Source: Candidatus Gastranaerophilales bacterium (GTDB lineage Bacteria > Cyanobacteriota > Vampirovibrionia > Gastranaerophilales > Gastranaerophilaceae). Taken from it: DNA of 64,000 bases. The translations under genes and the position numbers were made by a program. The stretch covers positions 90,655 to 154,654 of the forward strand of contig CALUVV010000006.1 in assembly GCA_944324305.1 (NCBI GenBank), read 5' to 3'. A model generated the notes under the pieces. It did not search any database. It was not told where the DNA came from and saw nothing but the letters and a program-made list of their open reading frames with translations. Numbering within the stretch: position 1 is the first letter of the stretch; the number at the start of each line of letters is the position of its first letter. Positions 39,049 to 48,350 of the stretch are shown piece by piece.

Positions 39049-39669
39049 TTGGTAACATTAGGTATCATCGGTGTGGTTTCTGCAATGACGGTACCGTCTT
39101 TGATGCAAAATCATCAGAGAAAAACCTATGTAACCCAATTGCATAAGGTCTATAATGAACTTTCTCAAGGTTTAATCCGTTATCAGACAGATAGAAATGC
39201 ACTTAATCTGACAGAAGCCGGACTAAGTGTAGATACCTTTTCTGATTTCCTAAAAAGTTACTTTAAAGTAGTTCAGGATTGCGACAATGAACAAACACCT
39301 TGTTTTGCGGATTCTTACAAGAAAATTGCAGGTGTTGCGACTTTATTTAAATGTGATGGAGCCTGCATGGTTCTTGCAAATGGTGCAGCTATAGGAGTTT
39401 ATAAAGCCAGCGCGGGATATACAAATATGATTGCAGAGATAGTGGTTGATATTAATGGGCAGCAGGGACCTAATATTTTTGGCAGAGATGCTTTTGCTTT
39501 ATTTTTGTACAAAGACGGAACTATAGATGATTACTCTACGTCAGGTGTTATCCCTATGACTGAAGAACTGAGAGAACAACGTTATCAGGCAGCATGTATA
39601 GACAACAGTAATAAGTGGGATGGCTGCTTTGGTAAAATCTTAAATGATAACTGGGAAATGACATATTAA
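39049..39669 (+). CDS. type IV prepilin-like protein (L8), WEMTY family; body ORF
   Basis: Same N-terminal block and the CFGKILNDNWEMTY C-terminus. The processing motif is encoded upstream of the TTG. Confidence 0.85.
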   Translation: MVTLGIIGVVSAMTVPSLMQNHQRKTYVTQLHKVYNELSQGLIRYQTDRNALNLTEAGLSVDTFSDFLKSYFKVVQDCDNEQTPCFADSYKKIAGVATLFKCDGACMVLANGAAIGVYKASAGYTNMIAEIVVDINGQQGPNIFGRDAFALFLYKDGTIDDYSTSGVIPMTEELREQRYQAACIDNSNKWDGCFGKILNDNWEMTY

Positions 39670-39788
39670 TATTGACTTTTTAATAAAAATCATTAATTTT
39701 CATGACACCTAATACAAACGGATGATTTTATAAAAAATAATTGATTATTATACAAAATTATCCGATTGTATCAGAAAAAGAGGTAGAC

Positions 39789-40487
39789 ATGATAATTAAC
39801 GGCGGAATAAGGTATTGTGAAAAAGGCTTAACAACCTCGCTCAGAGCTATGCATGTTCAGAGCGAGTTAATAGGCATGTACAACGAAAATGTAACGGGAT
39901 TTGATAAAATCGGTTATCAGAGAAAAGATCCTGTAGTATCCTCTTTCACGGAATATATCGGTGTACACGGGCTTTCTCAAACTGTTGATGATAAAGTCGG
40001 CCGTATTGCAATGTCTGATAATCCGCTTGATTTGGCTTTGGCTAATAAAGGCTATTTTCAAACGCAAAGCGTTGACGGAATTAAGCTGACGCGTGACGGT
40101 AGATTTAAGCTTGACAAAGAAGGCAATCTGTTAACACTTGATGATGCATCCGTTCTTTCAAGTGCAGGAGTGCCGATTAAGCTGCCTGTTGTACCGGAAA
40201 AGATTGAGGATGTAAAAATTAATTCCAAAGGGCTTGTAAGTGTTTTTAACAGAAATACAAACAAGCTTGAAAATGTTGCATTTCTCGGAGTAGTAGATGC
40301 AAACGGCGTTGTTGTCATGGATCCTCAGGTGAAACAAGGATACAATGAGTATTCTAACGTTGCATTGCAAAATGAATTCATTTCAATGATGCCGATTATC
40401 AGAAATTTTGAAGCAAACAGACAAATTTTCATGATACAAAACCAAAACCTTCAAAAAGTAATTTCACAGTTGGGAACAACATCATAA
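39789..40487 (+). CDS. flgF: flagellar basal-body rod protein (FlgF/FlgG family)
   Basis: Rod-protein N-terminal pattern and DGRFKLDKEGNL. AGAGG RBS before ATG 39789 (ORF-track start is 39741). Confidence 0.7.
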   Translation: MIINGGIRYCEKGLTTSLRAMHVQSELIGMYNENVTGFDKIGYQRKDPVVSSFTEYIGVHGLSQTVDDKVGRIAMSDNPLDLALANKGYFQTQSVDGIKLTRDGRFKLDKEGNLLTLDDASVLSSAGVPIKLPVVPEKIEDVKINSKGLVSVFNRNTNKLENVAFLGVVDANGVVVMDPQVKQGYNEYSNVALQNEFISMMPIIRNFEANRQIFMIQNQNLQKVISQLGTTS

Positions 40488-40507
40488 TAAAAAGTGAGGA
40501 ATAAATT

Positions 40508-41221
40508 ATGTACAGTATGCAAGGTATAGTGAGAAAAAGCGTAAACAACGTAACAACACAGTTTGAAAAACTCGGTTATGTTGCTAACAGTCTTGCTAAC
40601 TTAAATACCCGCGGTTATAAGTCTGTAAGTTTTGAACAAATGCTTACTGAAGACGGTTATTTGACAGGAGCTGTAAGAACGGATTATAAACAGGGTTCTA
40701 TACAAATTACAAGTAATCCGTATGATGTTGCCATTAACGGTACAGGATTTATTCCGGTTGTATCTCCTGATGGACAGGTCGCATATACACGTGACGGAGC
40801 TTTCAGGCAGGGCAAGGACGGTTATCTTGAAACTTCCGACGGATGGCTTGTAGGAGAAGGTATTAAAATTCCTGCTAACTGCTACAAATTTGAAATAAAA
40901 CCGGACGGGAAAGTTCTGGCATATGACGGAAAAAATGTTGCTCCGCGAAATCTCGGAACTATACCTCTGGTTCGCTTTCCATCTCAGGAAAATCTTGAGC
41001 AGGCAGGCATGAATAAACTTCTACCTACTGCAGATTCCGGAGAACCGCAGCTGATAAGAGACCATGATTGCTTCTGCCAAAATAACCTTGAAAATTCAAA
41101 TACAAATATTTATTCTTCAACTTCGGAAATGCTAAGGCTTAATGCCTCGCTTCTTGCCAGTACACGTATGATGAAAGTAGTTGATGATATGTACAATAAG
41201 GCAATTAATATAAGAGAGTAG
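40508..41221 (+). CDS. flgG: flagellar basal-body rod protein FlgG-like
   Basis: NSLANLNTRGYK, YTRDGAFRQGKDGYL, and C-terminal rod heptads. Confidence 0.8.
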   Translation: MYSMQGIVRKSVNNVTTQFEKLGYVANSLANLNTRGYKSVSFEQMLTEDGYLTGAVRTDYKQGSIQITSNPYDVAINGTGFIPVVSPDGQVAYTRDGAFRQGKDGYLETSDGWLVGEGIKIPANCYKFEIKPDGKVLAYDGKNVAPRNLGTIPLVRFPSQENLEQAGMNKLLPTADSGEPQLIRDHDCFCQNNLENSNTNIYSSTSEMLRLNASLLASTRMMKVVDDMYNKAINIRE

Positions 41222-41243
41222 GGAGCGCAGCCGCTCCACCCGC
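41222..41243 (+). repeat. GC-rich hairpin motif copy (GGAGCG-CAGC-CGCTCC-ACCCGC), intergenic between flgG and flgB
   Basis: Stem 41222-41227 pairs with 41232-41237. Same core and tail as 2946-2973 and 59535-59557, with swapped outer base pairs. Confidence 0.6.
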
Positions 41244-41285
41244 AGCAGGAAGTTTAAAAAACTTCTAAAGTAGAAAGGTTTAATA

Positions 41286-41633
41286 ATGTTCACACCGCTT
41301 GACAATATGGGTAAAGTTACATTGATGATGGATCTGATAACGCAAAGACAAAGAGCGTTAGGTTCTAACCTTGCAAATATTGATACCCCAGGCTATGTAC
41401 GCCGTGATATTAATTTCGGAGATTATCTTGGATCAATGAACAGCCCTCTGGAAACTAAATTATCCGAAAAGCTCGGTCCGTCAGGTGTTATTGAGCAAAA
41501 AACTTATGAGGAAATTGACCCCGCAAATGAGTTAATGGAATTACAGCAAAATTCACTTCTTTATACGATGGCAACAAGAAGAATGTCAAATATAATTACA
41601 GAAATGAAAACAGTAATTAACGTCGGAAAGTAG
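41286..41633 (+). CDS. flgB: flagellar basal-body rod protein FlgB
   Basis: NLANIDTPGYVRRD motif. 115 aa. Confidence 0.88.
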   Translation: MFTPLDNMGKVTLMMDLITQRQRALGSNLANIDTPGYVRRDINFGDYLGSMNSPLETKLSEKLGPSGVIEQKTYEEIDPANELMELQQNSLLYTMATRRMSNIITEMKTVINVGK

Positions 41634-41640
41634 GTTTTTT

Positions 41641-42084
41641 ATGAGTATTATGGAATCAATGAATATCGGATCAAATGCCTTAAAAGCACATGGCTTAAGG
41701 CTGGATATTCATGCGAAAAACGTTGCAAACGTTGATACTCCAAATTACGTAAGAAAAATTCCTATTCTAAATGCTACAGAAGATATTTCTTTTCATGGTT
41801 TGATGAATACTATGAAAGAAGATGTTTTCGGTGTCGGAACTTTACCGTATCTTCAAGGCGGTGTAGTTTTTAACGGCTGCATTGAAGACCCTACACTCGG
41901 TGATAAAATTTACCGCCCGGGCCATCCCGATGCCGATGCCAACGGTTATATAAGAGCTTCAAATGTTAACCCTGCCGTTGATATGGCAGATGCTATTCTT
42001 GCTCAAAGAGCTTATGAAGCTAACCTTGCTTTAATTAATATTACAAAATCCATGGCTCAAAAAGCAACTGAAATCGGAAGATAA
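41641..42084 (+). CDS. flgC: flagellar basal-body rod protein FlgC
   Basis: NVANVDTPNYVRK and the C-terminal AQRAYEANL motif. Confidence 0.9.
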   Translation: MSIMESMNIGSNALKAHGLRLDIHAKNVANVDTPNYVRKIPILNATEDISFHGLMNTMKEDVFGVGTLPYLQGGVVFNGCIEDPTLGDKIYRPGHPDADANGYIRASNVNPAVDMADAILAQRAYEANLALINITKSMAQKATEIGR

Positions 42085-42106
42085 AATTTTATGCTATAAT
42101 CAATTT

Positions 42107-43072
42107 ATGATTAAGCTTTCAATAATTATTCCGGTTTACAATGTCGAAAAATACATTTCTCTTTGTTTGGAAAGCATTCTTAAACAATCATTTAAGGATT
42201 ATGAAATTATCTGTGTTAATGACGGTTCTTCAGATAATTCTCTGTCAGTTTTGCAAAACTTCAAACAGAAAGATAACAGAATTACGATTATAGATAAACA
42301 GAACGAGGGTTCAGGGATTGCACGTAATACTGCTCTGGCAATTGCTAAAGGCGAATATGTATACTTCGTTGACGGAGATGATTGGCTTGAAGATAATGCA
42401 CTTGGAAAAATGATTTTAAAAGCTGATGAATTAAATACGGATATTTTGATTTTCGGCGGTCTTTCATATTATGAAACTCAAGGCAGGAAAGGCGGATACA
42501 GCGCGGATAAATTGCCGAAAAAGTATTTTAACAAAGTTTTTGCTTCCAAAGATATAAAAAAAGATGTTTTTAAATTCCCCTCAACGGCCTGGACAAAATT
42601 ATACAGACGCGATTTTCTGATAAAAAATAATATTAAATTTCAAAATATCAAAGTCGGTCAAGATCAGCTTCCGTTCTTTCACTCGATGATTACCGCAGAA
42701 AAAATTGCTATTTTGCCTGAAAACTTATACTGTTACCGTAAAAACCGTAAGGGTGCGGTGACTGCTGTTAAAAAGAAAAAGAATTTTTCTCCGATTTATG
42801 TTTTTTACGGAATAGAAGAAATGTTGAAGTCAGAAAATTTGCATGATGAATACAAATCAATTTTTGTCAGTAAATATTTTTCCAAAGCAACTTCTTGGCT
42901 CGGCAAATTCCAGGATGATTTAAAACACGAATATTATATTGAATATGTAAAACTTTTAGAACACGTAAAAAAAGAATATCCTTTTGGCTGGTGGGTAGAA
43001 TTTAATCCGAAAGAAAAAGACGGATACTGGAATTTAAAACTAAAACAAAGTTTTTCTAAAATTATTTTTTAG
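42107..43072 (+). CDS. family 2 glycosyltransferase
   Basis: IIIPVYNVEKYI...VNDGSSD and the DGDD motif. Confidence 0.88.
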   Translation: MIKLSIIIPVYNVEKYISLCLESILKQSFKDYEIICVNDGSSDNSLSVLQNFKQKDNRITIIDKQNEGSGIARNTALAIAKGEYVYFVDGDDWLEDNALGKMILKADELNTDILIFGGLSYYETQGRKGGYSADKLPKKYFNKVFASKDIKKDVFKFPSTAWTKLYRRDFLIKNNIKFQNIKVGQDQLPFFHSMITAEKIAILPENLYCYRKNRKGAVTAVKKKKNFSPIYVFYGIEEMLKSENLHDEYKSIFVSKYFSKATSWLGKFQDDLKHEYYIEYVKLLEHVKKEYPFGWWVEFNPKEKDGYWNLKLKQSFSKIIF

Positions 43073-43129
43073 ACTAATTTATCAAATGAATTGCTAACTA
43101 AATTATACTTATATTCATTATGGATTTCA

Positions 43130-43297
43130 TTAAAATTTACCATCTTTAACTTTTTCTATTAGTTGAAATTGTTTATCTAAAATGCTATTTTCAGTTTTGC
43201 TAATAGACGCTCTTAATTGTTTTAGAGCATGCGTTTGTATAAATTTCCCGTTAAAATTTTGACCATAATTTTTATATGAAACATTGTTGATTTGCAT
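43130..43297 (-). CDS. possible small hypothetical protein (55 aa)
   Basis: Only the part of ORF 43130..43384 downstream of the tRNA, starting at internal ATG 43297. No family recognised. Confidence 0.25.
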   Translation of the reverse strand: MQINNVSYKNYGQNFNGKFIQTHALKQLRASISKTENSILDKQFQLIEKVKDGKF

Positions 43298-43330
43298 AAC
43301 ACGTAATTCCCGGTTTAAAAATGAAAAAAA

Positions 43331-43411
43331 TGTCGACGGGGGGACTTGAACCCCCACAGCTCTCGCCACATGCACCTCAAGCATGCGTGTCTACCATTCC
43401 ACCACATCGAC
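43331..43411 (-). tRNA. tRNA-Leu (anticodon GAG), long variable arm, CCA not encoded
   Basis: Hand-folded. Acceptor GTCGATG/CGTCGAC, anticodon stem CATGC/GCATG with loop TTGAGGT, 13-nt variable arm, T-arm GGGGG-TTCAAGT-CCCCC, discriminator A. Confidence 0.9.
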
Positions 43412-43494
43412 AGGGTTGAGAACATGAATTATTTTAACATAAATATTTTTATTTGTAAATTTAAATTTTTTGATGTTTGTGCATAAATAATTGT

Positions 43495-43842
43495 ATGAAC
43501 AAAAATGAATTGATAAAACGCTGTTTAAGATTTGAAGATGCGGTTGAAACGTATCCTTTTAAAGATAAAACTTATGAGGAGTATGCCGTTTTGCGTCATA
43601 AAAGCAACGGAAAGTGGTTTGGACTGATTTTTTATCTTGACGGTAAACTGTGCATTAATTTAAAGTGTAATCCTGTTGATTCTGCGATTTTGAGAGATGA
43701 ATATAAATTTATTACACCGGCATGGCATATGAATAAAACACATTGGATTATGGCTGATGTAAACAAGTCTCCGAAAGATTTACTTGATGCTCTTATTGAA
43801 GCAAGTTTTAATTTGACCGCTCCGAAAAGAAAGATAAAATAA
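43495..43842 (+). CDS. MmcQ/YjbR family DNA-binding protein
   Basis: YPFKDKTYEEYAVLRHKSNGKWFGL and the WHMNKTHW motif. ATG 43495 preferred to ORF-track 43477. Confidence 0.8.
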   Translation: MNKNELIKRCLRFEDAVETYPFKDKTYEEYAVLRHKSNGKWFGLIFYLDGKLCINLKCNPVDSAILRDEYKFITPAWHMNKTHWIMADVNKSPKDLLDALIEASFNLTAPKRKIK

Positions 43843-43878
43843 ATTTGAATTTCCTTTTTTACATGTAATAATGATGTT

Positions 43879-46716
43879 ATGCTAGACACGATTATTATAA
43901 AAGGCGCAAAAGAACATAATTTAAAAGATATTTCGCTTCAATTGCCGAAAAATGAGCTGATAGTATTCACGGGTGTATCAGGTTCGGGAAAATCTTCACT
44001 TGCGTTTGATACGATTTTTGCGGAAGGCCAGAGACGTTATATAGAAAGCCTTTCGACCTATGCAAGGCAATTTTTGGGTCAGATGGATAAACCCAATGTT
44101 GATTATATTGACGGACTTTCTCCGGCTATTTCCATTGACCAGAAATCAACCAGCAACAACCCGAGATCAACTGTCGGAACTGTTACGGAAATTTATGATT
44201 ATTTAAGGCTTTTATACGCACGTGTCGGAACTCCTTACTGTCCTCAATGCGGTGAAAAGATTAAGCCTCAAACAATAGATGAGATTGTCGCAAGTATTAT
44301 GAAGCTTAGCGAAGGGACTAAAATACAAATTCTTGCACCCGTTGCAAGGGGGAAAAAGGGAGAATTCAGCTCAACTTTTGATGAACTGAGGCAGGAAGGT
44401 TTTGTCCGCGTAAAAGTTGACGGTGAAATTTATAATCTTGATGAAGATGAAATTACTCTTGCAAAAACAAAGAAACATGATATTTCTGTGGTTGTTGACA
44501 GAATTGTCGTAAAAGAAGCCGCTCAATCACGTATCGCGGATAGTGTTCAGATAGCATTGAAAAAGGCAGACGGGGTTGCGGTAGTAGATGTTATAGGCGA
44601 TAAAGAAATTATTTACAGTGAAAAACTTGCCTGTCCGAAGTGTAATTTGAGTTTTGAGGAATTGGCTCCGAGAATATTTTCATTTAATGCACCGTACGGT
44701 GCCTGTGAAAGATGTTCCGGACTTGGTGCCGATTTTGTAATTGACCCTGATTTGATAGTTCCGGACAGAAAAAAATCTTTAAAAGACGGGGCAATTTATC
44801 CCTGGTCAAAAACTTCCACATCGTATTATGAAGATGTTTTGAAATCAGTTTGTACACATTTTAATATAAATATGGAAAAACCGTTTGAGGAATTGTCTGA
44901 AAAGGAACAAAAGATAATTCTTTACGGAAGCGATGATATTGTAAAATTTACCGTAATGCGTTTCGGTACACACCGTTACGAAACAAAATACCGCAAGTTC
45001 GACGGCGTAATTCCGTTTTTGGAAAAGCGTTACAACGAATCAAACGGAGAGTATTGGCGTGAAGAAATTGAAAAATACATGACGACAACACCTTGCCCTG
45101 CTTGTCACGGTGCAAGATTAAAACCTTTTCCGCTCGCGGTAAAAATTAAAGATAAGAATATTTATGAGTTTACCCTAATGCCTATTGACGAGGCATTGGA
45201 ATTTGTAGCTGATTTGTATCTTGAGCTTAACGAATTTCAAATGCATATTGCAAAACAAATTCTTGATGAAATCAGAGCCCGTTTAAGATTTTTAAAAGAT
45301 GTTGGGTTAAGTTATCTTGACCTTGCAAGAAGGGCGGGAACTTTATCAGGCGGAGAAGCGCAGCGTATAAGACTTGCAACGCAAATCGGAAGCGGTTTGT
45401 CAGGAGTTTTATATGTTCTTGACGAACCTTCAATCGGCTTGCATCAGAGAGATAACGACAGATTAATTAAAACTCTTATAAAACTCAGAAATCTCGGTAA
45501 TACGCTTATAGTTGTCGAACATGATGAAGATACAATAAGAAATGCTGATTATATAGTTGATATCGGACCGAAAGCGGGTGTTAACGGCGGAAAAGTTATA
45601 GGCTGCGGTTCTGTTCAGGATATTATTAATGCAAAAGGTTCTATTACGGGAAAATATCTGAGCGGTGAAAAATATATTCCTATTCCCGAAAAAGTCAGAG
45701 AAGGAAACGGAAATTTTCTCCATGTAAAAAATGCACATATAAATAACTTAAAAAATATCGATGTAGATATTCCGCTTGGAAAAATAGTTTGCCTGACAGG
45801 CGTATCAGGGTCGGGAAAATCTTCTTTGATGCAGGATTTAATCTATGAGTATGCGGTTCACAAACTTCGCGGCAACAAGCCTAAACCGCAGGGTGTAGAT
45901 GAAATTACGGGATTTGAAAATATAGATAAAATAATTGCAATCGACCAATCTCCGATAGGCAGAACTCCGCGTTCAAACCCTGCAACCTATACGGATTTAT
46001 TCACCCATATAAGAGATTTATACTCAAAAACCAATGAGGCGAAATTACGCGGTTATAAACCCGGCAGATTTAGTTTTAACGTAAAAGGCGGAAGATGTGA
46101 GGCTTGCAAAGGTGATGGTGTAATAAAAATCGAGATGAACTTTTTATCCGATGTATATGTGAAATGTGATGTGTGTAAGGGCAGACGCTACAATCGTGAA
46201 ACACTGGAAGTCAAATACAAAGGAAAAACAATTTCCGATGTTTTGGATATGAGCGTCAAGGAAGCTCTTGAATTTTTTGACAGCATTCCGTCTATAAAAA
46301 ATAAATTGCAGACTTTAAACGATGTAGGACTTGATTATATGAAACTCGGCCAGAGTGCAACAACCTTATCGGGCGGCGAAGCTCAAAGAATTAAGCTTGC
46401 ATCCGAACTTAATAAACGTTCAACAGGCAAAACTCTTTATCTGCTGGATGAACCTTCTGTAGGATTGCACTGGTATGATTTGGATAAGCTTATAAAAATT
46501 CTCCAGCAGCTTGCCGACCAGGGTAATACAATTCTTGTAATTGAACATAATCTTGACTTTATAAAAATTGCGGATCATATCATAGATTTAGGGCCGGAAG
46601 GCGGCATCGGCGGCGGCCAGATAATTGCACAGGGAACGCCGCTTGAAGTTTCAAGATGCAAAAAATCATATACAGGCCAGTACCTTAAACCCATGTTGAC
46701 AAATAAAGTAAAATAA
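43879..46716 (+). CDS. uvrA: excinuclease ABC subunit A
   Basis: Two ABC modules ([10 protein letters not shown] twice, LSGGEAQRI twice) and zinc-finger CxxC pairs. 945 aa. Confidence 0.97.
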   Translation: MLDTIIIKGAKEHNLKDISLQLPKNELIVFTGVSGSGKSSLAFDTIFAEGQRRYIESLSTYARQFLGQMDKPNVDYIDGLSPAISIDQKSTSNNPRSTVGTVTEIYDYLRLLYARVGTPYCPQCGEKIKPQTIDEIVASIMKLSEGTKIQILAPVARGKKGEFSSTFDELRQEGFVRVKVDGEIYNLDEDEITLAKTKKHDISVVVDRIVVKEAAQSRIADSVQIALKKADGVAVVDVIGDKEIIYSEKLACPKCNLSFEELAPRIFSFNAPYGACERCSGLGADFVIDPDLIVPDRKKSLKDGAIYPWSKTSTSYYEDVLKSVCTHFNINMEKPFEELSEKEQKIILYGSDDIVKFTVMRFGTHRYETKYRKFDGVIPFLEKRYNESNGEYWREEIEKYMTTTPCPACHGARLKPFPLAVKIKDKNIYEFTLMPIDEALEFVADLYLELNEFQMHIAKQILDEIRARLRFLKDVGLSYLDLARRAGTLSGGEAQRIRLATQIGSGLSGVLYVLDEPSIGLHQRDNDRLIKTLIKLRNLGNTLIVVEHDEDTIRNADYIVDIGPKAGVNGGKVIGCGSVQDIINAKGSITGKYLSGEKYIPIPEKVREGNGNFLHVKNAHINNLKNIDVDIPLGKIVCLTGVSGSGKSSLMQDLIYEYAVHKLRGNKPKPQGVDEITGFENIDKIIAIDQSPIGRTPRSNPATYTDLFTHIRDLYSKTNEAKLRGYKPGRFSFNVKGGRCEACKGDGVIKIEMNFLSDVYVKCDVCKGRRYNRETLEVKYKGKTISDVLDMSVKEALEFFDSIPSIKNKLQTLNDVGLDYMKLGQSATTLSGGEAQRIKLASELNKRSTGKTLYLLDEPSVGLHWYDLDKLIKILQQLADQGNTILVIEHNLDFIKIADHIIDLGPEGGIGGGQIIAQGTPLEVSRCKKSYTGQYLKPMLTNKVK

Positions 46717-46730
46717 TTTATCTTTTTGTT

Positions 46731-47366
46731 ATGAAAAATTTTTATCTTTATTGTTTATTAATTTTAGGAATGCTTGTACAGCCCGCTTTTGCAAAAACAA
46801 TTCCTGTTCAGGCTCTGGATGATTTTACTACCGAAAAACCTTCTCATACTTTGCAGGTAAAAATACTTGAAGGTATAGTTTTGGATGAAAATTTGATGTT
46901 CGAAAACGGCTATATTGTCGAGGGACGAATAGTTGATGTTAAAAATCCGAAAAGATTAAAGAGAAATGCAACATTTTCCTTTGTTCCGACAAGCTTTACT
47001 GATGAAAACGGTAAAATAACATATATTAAAGGTTATTATCCCGCAAAATATACTACCAAAATAAACAAAGGCCAGCTTGCAAAAAGTGCGGCTTTAGGCG
47101 TGGGCAATTTTTTTGTAAAAGGACTTTCAATGGGCTACAGTGCTGTTGAAGGTGCTGTTAAGAATGAAAAAGATAATCGTTTTAAATCCAGTGTAAACGC
47201 TGTTTACGAAGATTCTCCTTTTTCGTACGTTGAAAAGGGCGGAGAAATAGTTATTCAAAAAGATCAAAACTTTTTTCTTAACTTTAAGGTGAAAGATGAA
47301 CCTGATGAAGACGATGCACCTAATTATGAGTATGTGGAATTAGATCCTCAGGAACCTGCCAATTGA
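46731..47366 (+). CDS. secreted hypothetical protein (paralog A)
   Basis: Signal peptide. The mature N-terminus AKTIPVQALDDFTTEKPSHTLQVKILEG parallels the next gene. Confidence 0.6.
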   Translation: MKNFYLYCLLILGMLVQPAFAKTIPVQALDDFTTEKPSHTLQVKILEGIVLDENLMFENGYIVEGRIVDVKNPKRLKRNATFSFVPTSFTDENGKITYIKGYYPAKYTTKINKGQLAKSAALGVGNFFVKGLSMGYSAVEGAVKNEKDNRFKSSVNAVYEDSPFSYVEKGGEIVIQKDQNFFLNFKVKDEPDEDDAPNYEYVELDPQEPAN

Positions 47367-47450
47367 CTTATATAACACGTATATAAGGTAATTGACGGAT
47401 TTATTAAAGTATGTTATTATTCACATTGTAACAATCGGAGAAATGTAATA

Positions 47451-48083
47451 ATGAAAAAGATATTGTTTATAATTGCATTATTAATGGGTCTTACAACTGT
47501 TTCTGCTTACGCTAAAACGGCACCTGTACAAACTCTGCAGGATTTTTCGATAGCAAAGCCTTCACAAACTTTGCTGGTTAAAATTTTGTCAAATGTTCAA
47601 TTGAATAAAAATTTAATGCTTCATGAAGGCTACTACGTTCTCGGGCAGATAATGGATGTTTCAAATTCCACCTTTGTATTTATGCCTGTTAAATATCAGA
47701 ATTTTCATAATGAAGTTTATGATATAAACGGCAATTACCCTGCAAAATTTGTAGAAATGATTGACGGGGCAGGCAAAACTCCGGCTCAGGGATTAATTCC
47801 AAAGGATTCAAAATTCCTTTTAGATTTTGTTATGGTTGATGAAGCGCAAAATAATGAAGTCGGTGCAAAATATCAAAACGCAGGAACTCCGGAAAACGGT
47901 ATTTCTTCTCTTGTAAATCAGTCTGAAGCTGTTATATATGATGGTTCTATCCCTCAGACTATAAAAGAATTCCCGGGAATTAAACTGAATTCTTTTGATA
48001 ACGGCAGCAATTTTAATATTCCTGAAAATCTTATTATTGAAACTGAAAAAAGAGACAGTAATATAAATTCTTTAAAATATTAA
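47451..48083 (+). CDS. secreted hypothetical protein (paralog B)
   Basis: Signal peptide, then AKTAPVQTLQDFSIAKPSQTLLVKILSN, matching the preceding gene. Confidence 0.6.
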   Translation: MKKILFIIALLMGLTTVSAYAKTAPVQTLQDFSIAKPSQTLLVKILSNVQLNKNLMLHEGYYVLGQIMDVSNSTFVFMPVKYQNFHNEVYDINGNYPAKFVEMIDGAGKTPAQGLIPKDSKFLLDFVMVDEAQNNEVGAKYQNAGTPENGISSLVNQSEAVIYDGSIPQTIKEFPGIKLNSFDNGSNFNIPENLIIETEKRDSNINSLKY

Positions 48084-48350
48084 ACTGCTTCAACAGCAGC
48101 TTTTATTTCGCCTTCTCCCTGAAGGATAATTTCGGTGTCTTTACCGTTTTCAGAGATGATTAAACGTGTTTTTTCAACGTTGTTTTCAACAAAACGTGTA
48201 ATTTCTTTTACTTTTAAATCACTCATATATAACCCTTTCAAGCTTGTATATTATATGATAACAGATTTTACGGGAATTTCAACCCTCTCCGGAATAAAAA
48301 ACAAAAAATAAATTTTTTTGATATAATCTTAATTGGGGAAAGGGATTTAT

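Noticed and set aside
43130-43384. ORF-track 84-aa ORF on the minus strand
   Set aside because: Its first 18 or so codons are the tRNA-Leu(GAG) gene read as protein (43331-43411). Only the downstream part from ATG 43297 could be coding, and even that is weakly supported.
48080-48226. 48-aa minus-strand ORF (MSDLKVKEITRFVENNVEKTRLIISENGKDTEIILQGEGEIKAAVEAV)
   Set aside because: It has a weak RBS, no recognisable family, and is very short. It is not reported as a feature but is worth checking for conservation.
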